From an uncultured Candidatus Saccharibacteria bacterium (GTDB lineage: Bacteria > Patescibacteriota > UBA1384 > DTJR01): a stretch of DNA of 64,000 bases. The stretch lies in assembly GCA_964473025.1 (NCBI GenBank), contig CAYYMZ010000001.1:24163-88162 (forward strand), in the 5' to 3' direction. A program made the translations under genes and the position numbers. Shown here one piece after another: positions 59,251 through 64,000 of the stretch. Every line of letters starts with the position of its first letter. The first letter of the stretch is position 1. The notes under the pieces are model-generated. The model worked only from the letters and a program-made list of their open reading frames with translations, had not been told where the DNA came from and made no database searches.

Positions 59251-59772
59251 GTGCTAATCGAATTGTCGAAATTTGTAGGTATGCCCGTGGGAGCATTAGA
59301 CGTTGGTGCTTTAATTGGGCGTGTCCGGCGGGTTTTAGTTGATCCTGATCAAGGTAAAATCGCCGGATTTTTAATTAAAGAAAAAGGTTTTTCGAGTAGG
59401 CCGAAAGTTGTTTCGATGATAGATGTAATCGATGTGGAACGTGCCGCCATGGTTATCAATTCCCGTGAGAGTTTGGTCACACGAGGTGAGATTGTCCGGA
59501 TAGCCAAAATTTTAGAATATAAATTTAACATAATCGGACTGCCCGCCAGAACCAGAGAAGGGCAGATGCTCGGCAAAATCACGGATGTGGTTGTTGACTC
59601 CGCAACGGGTGAAATCGTGCGCCTTTACACCAAATTTTTGCTCCAACATCGCGTCTTTGAACGCTCCCAAATTGACGAGATAACGTGGCAGGAGATATTT
59701 TTCAAAATAGATAATCGCAAAAAGGTTAAAGAAAAAATTCCTGTTGCAAAAGAAGCCGAGGCAACAGGTTAA
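59251..59772 (+). CDS. PRC-barrel domain protein (two tandem PRC barrels)
   Basis: FVGMPVGALDVGALIGRVRRVLVD and IIGLPARTREGQMLGKITDVVVD repeated PRC-like units. Confidence 0.55.
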   Translation: MLIELSKFVGMPVGALDVGALIGRVRRVLVDPDQGKIAGFLIKEKGFSSRPKVVSMIDVIDVERAAMVINSRESLVTRGEIVRIAKILEYKFNIIGLPARTREGQMLGKITDVVVDSATGEIVRLYTKFLLQHRVFERSQIDEITWQEIFFKIDNRKKVKEKIPVAKEAEATG

Positions 59773-60485
59773 CCGGCTAGGCGAATGACTGTGTAGAGAA
59801 CGGCCATCCCGAGGATGGTCATTATTGTTGTCCAAATAGTTGGGTGGCGGTGGTGGCTTTCGGGAATCAAATCGCTTGCCCCAAGGTATAAAAACAACCC
59901 CGTAAAGACAGCCATAATTAGTCCCAAAACCGCTTCGGAAACGCTGATAAAGATTGTGGATATTATACCGAGCGCAGGTGCTAAGGAAACAATAGTGAGA
60001 TAGCGAATTGCGCCGGCGCGGTTATCGCGGTTTTTTAAAACTATTCCTACGGTGTTTATGCCGTCAGAAAATCTGTGAACTAGGATAGCGGAAGCGACTG
60101 TCCAGCCGATCGCTGGTGATATTTTAAATGCCAGTCCGATTCCGAATCCGTCAAAAAAGCTGTGCAAAATTAAAGCCAGCGCCCCAAAACTTCCTTGATG
60201 CGCCTCTTTGCAACACTCGTCTTCGTCGTGCTTGTGGATTGAAAATATCCGGTCAAGGATGAGATAAGCAGCGAATCCACCCATAATCAACAATGCCACG
60301 GTTTGCAAACTGAAAGTATCCGATGCTAGCTCGATTGATTCGGGCAAAAGGTCAAATAATGCGACCGCCAGAACTGCACCGGCGGAAAACCCCAAAATTA
60401 GGTGTAATTTATCGCGAAAACGGATTGCAAAAAGACCCCCTAGAAGGGTAAATACAATTGCTAGTGCGGCGACGAGATAAACCAT
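59769..60485 (-). CDS. zupT: ZIP-family metal transporter (ZupT-like)
   Basis: HSFFDGFGIGLAF and HRFSDGINTVGI and C-terminal HH motif; 8 TM. Confidence 0.75.
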   Translation of the reverse strand: MVYLVAALAIVFTLLGGLFAIRFRDKLHLILGFSAGAVLAVALFDLLPESIELASDTFSLQTVALLIMGGFAAYLILDRIFSIHKHDEDECCKEAHQGSFGALALILHSFFDGFGIGLAFKISPAIGWTVASAILVHRFSDGINTVGIVLKNRDNRAGAIRYLTIVSLAPALGIISTIFISVSEAVLGLIMAVFTGLFLYLGASDLIPESHHRHPTIWTTIMTILGMAVLYTVIRLAG

Positions 60486-60613
60486 GTTAATAATTTAAAA
60501 TTAAAAATGCAAAATTAAAAATTAAGATTTTGGACAAACCCTATCTCCTTTTGTCCTTCTTGTCCAGTTAATATCTGATTGTCAAACAAATCTAAACCTG
60601 TTATCATCGGCTT

Positions 60614-61711
60614 ATGTCATTATCAATCGGAATTGTGGGGCTGCCAAACGTCGGGAAATCGACGATTTTTAATGCACTCGTCAAATCGGAGCTCGCCGAA
60701 GCGGCAAATTATGCCTTTACAACGATTGATCCGAATGTTGGGGTGGTTGAGGTACCGGACGAACGGTTAAAAAAACTAGCAGAAGTTGAAAAATCAGACC
60801 GCATTGTGCCCGCAACGGTAAAATTTGTCGATATCGCGGGATTAATTGCAGGTGCGCATAAGGGGGAGGGGTTAGGAAATAAATTTTTATCGCATATCCG
60901 CGAGGTTGACGCAATTGCGATGGTGGTGCGGCTCTTTTCAAACAAAGACGTGATGCACGTTGCGGACAAAATGGATCCGAAAGATGATATTGTAACAATT
61001 ATGCTGGAACTTGTTTTGTCTGACTCGGAAACGCTGGGCAAAAAGCTATTTGCGGCCGAAAAAGACGCCAAAACAGGTTCAAAGGTTGCTACGGCACAAT
61101 TGGAAATTTATAAAAAAATCGAAAAATGTTTCGAGCAAAACAGACCGGCGATAGAGGCAAATTTGAACGATGTGGAAAAGGATTTAGTTGATGAAGCGAA
61201 TTTTTTAACCTTAAAACCGTTTCTATACGTTTTTAACGTCGATGAGGATGTGGCAACAGAATTACCGGAAGATTTAGTTGAAGAATTTGGACTAAAAAAT
61301 TTGGTCCAACCGGAGGGAGCAGTTGTTATCTCAGCCAAAATTGAGTCAGAACTGCCCAAATTAAACGAAACCGAACAAGAGATATTTTTGCAGGATTTAG
61401 GGCTGGATGAACCCGGATTAAACCGTCTTGCCAAAGCGGCCTATAAAACCTTAAATCTCATCCCGTTTTTTACCGCCGGGCCGATGGAAGCGCGGGCTTG
61501 GACGGTTAAAAAGGGAGATAGGGCACCACAGGCGGCGGGAAAAATCCACACAGATTTTGAAAATAAATTTATCAAGGCCGAAGTGGTCAATTTTAACGAT
61601 TTTGTTGCACTCGGGGGCTGGACTAAAACAAAGGAAGCGGGGAAGGCGAGGTTAGAGGGCAAGACCTATGAGATCAAAGACGGGGATGTGGTATTTATTC
61701 ACCACGGATAG
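60614..61711 (+). CDS. ychF: ribosome-binding ATPase YchF
   Basis: G1 GIVGLPNVGKST, TGS C-terminal domain; 365 aa. Confidence 0.9.
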   Translation: MSLSIGIVGLPNVGKSTIFNALVKSELAEAANYAFTTIDPNVGVVEVPDERLKKLAEVEKSDRIVPATVKFVDIAGLIAGAHKGEGLGNKFLSHIREVDAIAMVVRLFSNKDVMHVADKMDPKDDIVTIMLELVLSDSETLGKKLFAAEKDAKTGSKVATAQLEIYKKIEKCFEQNRPAIEANLNDVEKDLVDEANFLTLKPFLYVFNVDEDVATELPEDLVEEFGLKNLVQPEGAVVISAKIESELPKLNETEQEIFLQDLGLDEPGLNRLAKAAYKTLNLIPFFTAGPMEARAWTVKKGDRAPQAAGKIHTDFENKFIKAEVVNFNDFVALGGWTKTKEAGKARLEGKTYEIKDGDVVFIHHG

Positions 61712-61917
61712 CGCTCGGGTATCTTGCTCTCTCGGCACGCGTCATCTCATCCAGCGATGAGATGCGCTCAAACCTCGGCTTCACGGCCCCCCTATGGGGG
61801 AACCATGCCCGCTCGCCTGCGGACGGCGTCGAGAGCAACCACCCTCGCTCGGATATTCGAATTAAATTTTGTCTTGTAAAATTTTCTTGCTATAATTAAA
61901 CTAAATCAAGGAGGAGT

Positions 61918-62685
61918 ATGGTTGATAGTGCAAAGCCTTTAGGACAAGAACCAGGGGGCGGGTTACCGCCGGCAGAAGCAGCACCAGTTGAAGTGCCAGT
62001 TGATGGTGCGCCACAAGAAGCAGCACCAGCCGCTGTACCAGTAGAGCCAGCGCCAGCGGAAATAGCGCCAGATGATCTAGGTCCTGCCCAACAAGCGGTT
62101 GGAGAAGCGGCTGCGGCTGAGGAAGTTGTGCCTGCCACCAAACCTGCGCCAATAGAAGCCTCTGCAAAAAGTCCGGAAGATCTTTCAAGAATGGTAGCTG
62201 GGGATGAACACGAAAATCTGGAGAATTCGTTGGTCGGTGATCAAGGGCCAAATCCTGAAGAAGTTTTGCCAGGGCAAGAAGAAGCGATAACGGGTGGGAT
62301 AGAACCTGACATATACAGTCCCGATCCGCTCGTTCCAGAGCAAAAACCCGCAGCGGCAGCGGTACCCGCGGAACCGGTTACTGCTCAGCCACCTGCCGCG
62401 GAACCAGTTGCGCCTCAGTCGCCTGCCACAAAAGACGTCACACCTCTGAACCCATCATACAGGGTTGAATCTGAAGAGACAGAGGGGGATCGTCTAAGGA
62501 GAGAAATTAGTGAATTAACAGAACAAATGGCTGAAATTGAAAGAAAAAGGGATGTGATTAAGCCTCAAGCTGATGAATACGATAGATTGACCGAAGAGTT
62601 GAAAACCGTATATGCGAAATTTGATGGAAAGTGGAAGGAATTCGAAGCTTCGCCTGAATCAAAGAAAAATAGTCAGGTGGGATAA
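61918..62685 (+). CDS. hypothetical Pro/Ala/Glu-rich protein with C-terminal coiled coil
   Basis: SD AAGGAGG; promoter-like TATAAT at 61893; low-complexity N-terminal 180 aa. Confidence 0.5.
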   Translation: MVDSAKPLGQEPGGGLPPAEAAPVEVPVDGAPQEAAPAAVPVEPAPAEIAPDDLGPAQQAVGEAAAAEEVVPATKPAPIEASAKSPEDLSRMVAGDEHENLENSLVGDQGPNPEEVLPGQEEAITGGIEPDIYSPDPLVPEQKPAAAAVPAEPVTAQPPAAEPVAPQSPATKDVTPLNPSYRVESEETEGDRLRREISELTEQMAEIERKRDVIKPQADEYDRLTEELKTVYAKFDGKWKEFEASPESKKNSQVG

Positions 62686-63284
62686 TGCCAACAATTGAAA
62701 TTTTATACATAACCTTAATCGTCGCGATCGTGGTCATAACCGTCACGGTTGTTTGGCTGTCAAACGACCTGCGCGGATTAATCAGGTCATTGCGCCACTC
62801 CGCCGAAGATACCGGAAAAGTAACACATGAAATAAGAGAGAAGGTGTTGATGGTTTCTGAGGCACTGGATCGTGCCGGTGCGGCCGCATCGTCGATTATC
62901 GGTATGATCGAAAACGCAATCGAAGAGATTAAAGGAAAAAGAGACGCCATCGTTTCGAGCATCGGCCTATTATCCGGTGCCGGCAGGGCGATTAAAGAAC
63001 GTCGCGCGGCCAAGGTTGAAGAAGATCCGGACGAAGATGAGGATGAGGAAGAGGAAGAAGTTGAAATGCCGGTAAAGAAAGAAACAAAATTGGCCAAAGA
63101 ATCGAAAAAAGATGATTCAAAGCCATCGGTTGACTCTGTTGCCAAGCCAAAGCAGGCTGAGCCAAAAAAAGAATTAAAAAAAGAAGATCAGCCCAAGGCC
63201 GACCAGCCGCAGGCTGGAAAATCTGAAACCCCAAAAAAAGAAGAGGAAGAACCCGAAGGTAAAGAAGAAGAGACCGACCTGTAG
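62685..63284 (+). CDS. hypothetical membrane-anchored protein (DUF948-like) with acidic/lysine-rich tail
   Basis: ATGA overlap; N-terminal TM ILYITLIVAIVVITVTVVWL; Asp/Glu run then KKE repeats. Confidence 0.5.
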   Translation: MPTIEILYITLIVAIVVITVTVVWLSNDLRGLIRSLRHSAEDTGKVTHEIREKVLMVSEALDRAGAAASSIIGMIENAIEEIKGKRDAIVSSIGLLSGAGRAIKERRAAKVEEDPDEDEDEEEEEVEMPVKKETKLAKESKKDDSKPSVDSVAKPKQAEPKKELKKEDQPKADQPQAGKSETPKKEEEEPEGKEEETDL

Positions 63285-63287
63285 TCC

Positions 63288-63390
63288 CAACACCCTTTGC
63301 GGTGCCGAGCTATTTAAGTTTTTTAAATTAGTGTTAGTTTTAAACTGTTATGAACTTGCGAAAATCCTCAGCTAAAAGGGTGTTAGGGGT
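63288..63390. repeat. split copy of CCCAACACCCTTT/AAAGGGTGTTAGGGG inverted repeat with ~75-nt interior
   Basis: arms at 63288-63300 and 63376-63390; right arm lies inside start of next CDS. Confidence 0.6.
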
Positions 63391-64000
63391 GTCTTTTTTT
63401 ATTATCGCTGTTTTGGTGACCGGCGCTTTTTTGATTACCAAATATTTTTTATCTAAAGAAGCAGTAACCGACAGGGAGAAAGACGCCTTGCCGAGTGCCG
63501 TCGCGTTGACTCAAATAAAAACGACGTCGCCCCAAGTAACCAAGACGACGATTCCGGATGAAATAAACTTTGATGTTCCTTTTACATCACAGGCGCCCAA
63601 TGCTAATTGGGACCGCACCCATGAGGAGGCCTGTGAGGAAGCGGCCATTTTGATGGCTGAGAGATATTTTGCGAGACGGCAAATTACCTCGCCGATCGAT
63701 GCCGAAGCTGGTTTGCAGGAAATTATTGCGTGGGAAAATCAGAATTTGGGATTTTTTGAGTCAACCACGGCCGAGGAAACGGTGCGAATTATCCGCGAGA
63801 TGTTTGACCTACAGGCACAAATTGTCACAAACCCGTCCGTCGACGAGATAAAAGCGGCTTTAGCGGATAATAAATTAGTTTTAGTCCCTTCCGCCGGACG
63901 CGAAATCGGCAATCCGTTTTATACTGCCCCGGGACCGCTCTACCATATGTTACTGCTCAAGGGTTATACTAAAACTCAATTTATTACCAACGATGCTGGG
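63350..64000 (+). CDS. membrane-anchored C39-like (papain-fold) peptidase domain protein, partial (3' end beyond window)
   Basis: N-terminal signal-anchor; FTSQAPNANWDRTHEEACEEAAILM resembles Peptidase_C39_2 Gln/Cys region. Confidence 0.45.
   Translation, partial: MNLRKSSAKRVLGVSFFIIAVLVTGAFLITKYFLSKEAVTDREKDALPSAVALTQIKTTSPQVTKTTIPDEINFDVPFTSQAPNANWDRTHEEACEEAAILMAERYFARRQITSPIDAEAGLQEIIAWENQNLGFFESTTAEETVRIIREMFDLQAQIVTNPSVDEIKAALADNKLVLVPSAGREIGNPFYTAPGPLYHMLLLKGYTKTQFITNDAG

Noticed and set aside
62558-63145. 195-aa poly-Ser ORF on minus strand
   Set aside because: Antisense of the acidic (GAx-repeat) region of two plus-strand genes; poly-Ser is the mirror of poly-Glu/Asp codons

Overview
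This is a low-GC (~38-40%) bacterial chromosome segment. Gene content and style (many small hypothetical membrane proteins, DUF4870, archaeal-type AspRS, short intergenic spacers) are compatible with a Patescibacteria/CPR-like genome, but that is inference.

Layout:
- Positions 1-23.8 kb are a large cell-surface polysaccharide locus: Wzt-type ABC ATPase, four methyltransferase domains, at least seven glycosyltransferases, WecB, sugar-nucleotide epimerases/reductases, an LtaS-like transferase and a GT2+DUF2304 pair.
- The rest is housekeeping: AspRS, ValRS, TrpRS, GroES/GroEL, YchF, XerC, a P-type ATPase, a UPF0182 protein, DedA, ZIP, PAP2 and a cyclophilin. Four tRNAs are present (Ser-GCU, Arg-CCG, Arg-GCG, Ser-UGA), plus a Doc/HTH toxin-antitoxin pair.

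Most notable observations:
1. ValRS carries an in-frame insertion of about 118 aa with ASCH-like (YqfB-like) sequence features, bracketed by 24-nt direct repeats.
2. A string of GC-rich (~55-62%) islets sits in the AT-rich backbone. Several abut tRNA genes, carry their own promoters and terminators, and contain damaged genes: a HAD hydrolase frameshifted in a G6 run, and a MobA-like nucleotidyltransferase with an in-frame TGA where homologues have Trp.
3. Directly downstream of groEL there is an ~800-bp GC-rich ORF-free region with very stable stems (candidate large ncRNA). It is followed by a promoter/terminator-delimited operon for a double zinc-ribbon protein and a Cys/Ser-rich small protein.
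4. One polysaccharide-locus protein fuses glycosyltransferase, P-loop and methyltransferase domains, and contains an internal 27/28-nt tandem duplication.
5. Two short repeat families recur: the palindrome CCCAACACCCTTT/AAAGGGTGTTGGG and a TTTGTCATTTGG/GAGCTTCATTTG motif.

No CRISPR array, rRNA or transposase was seen.
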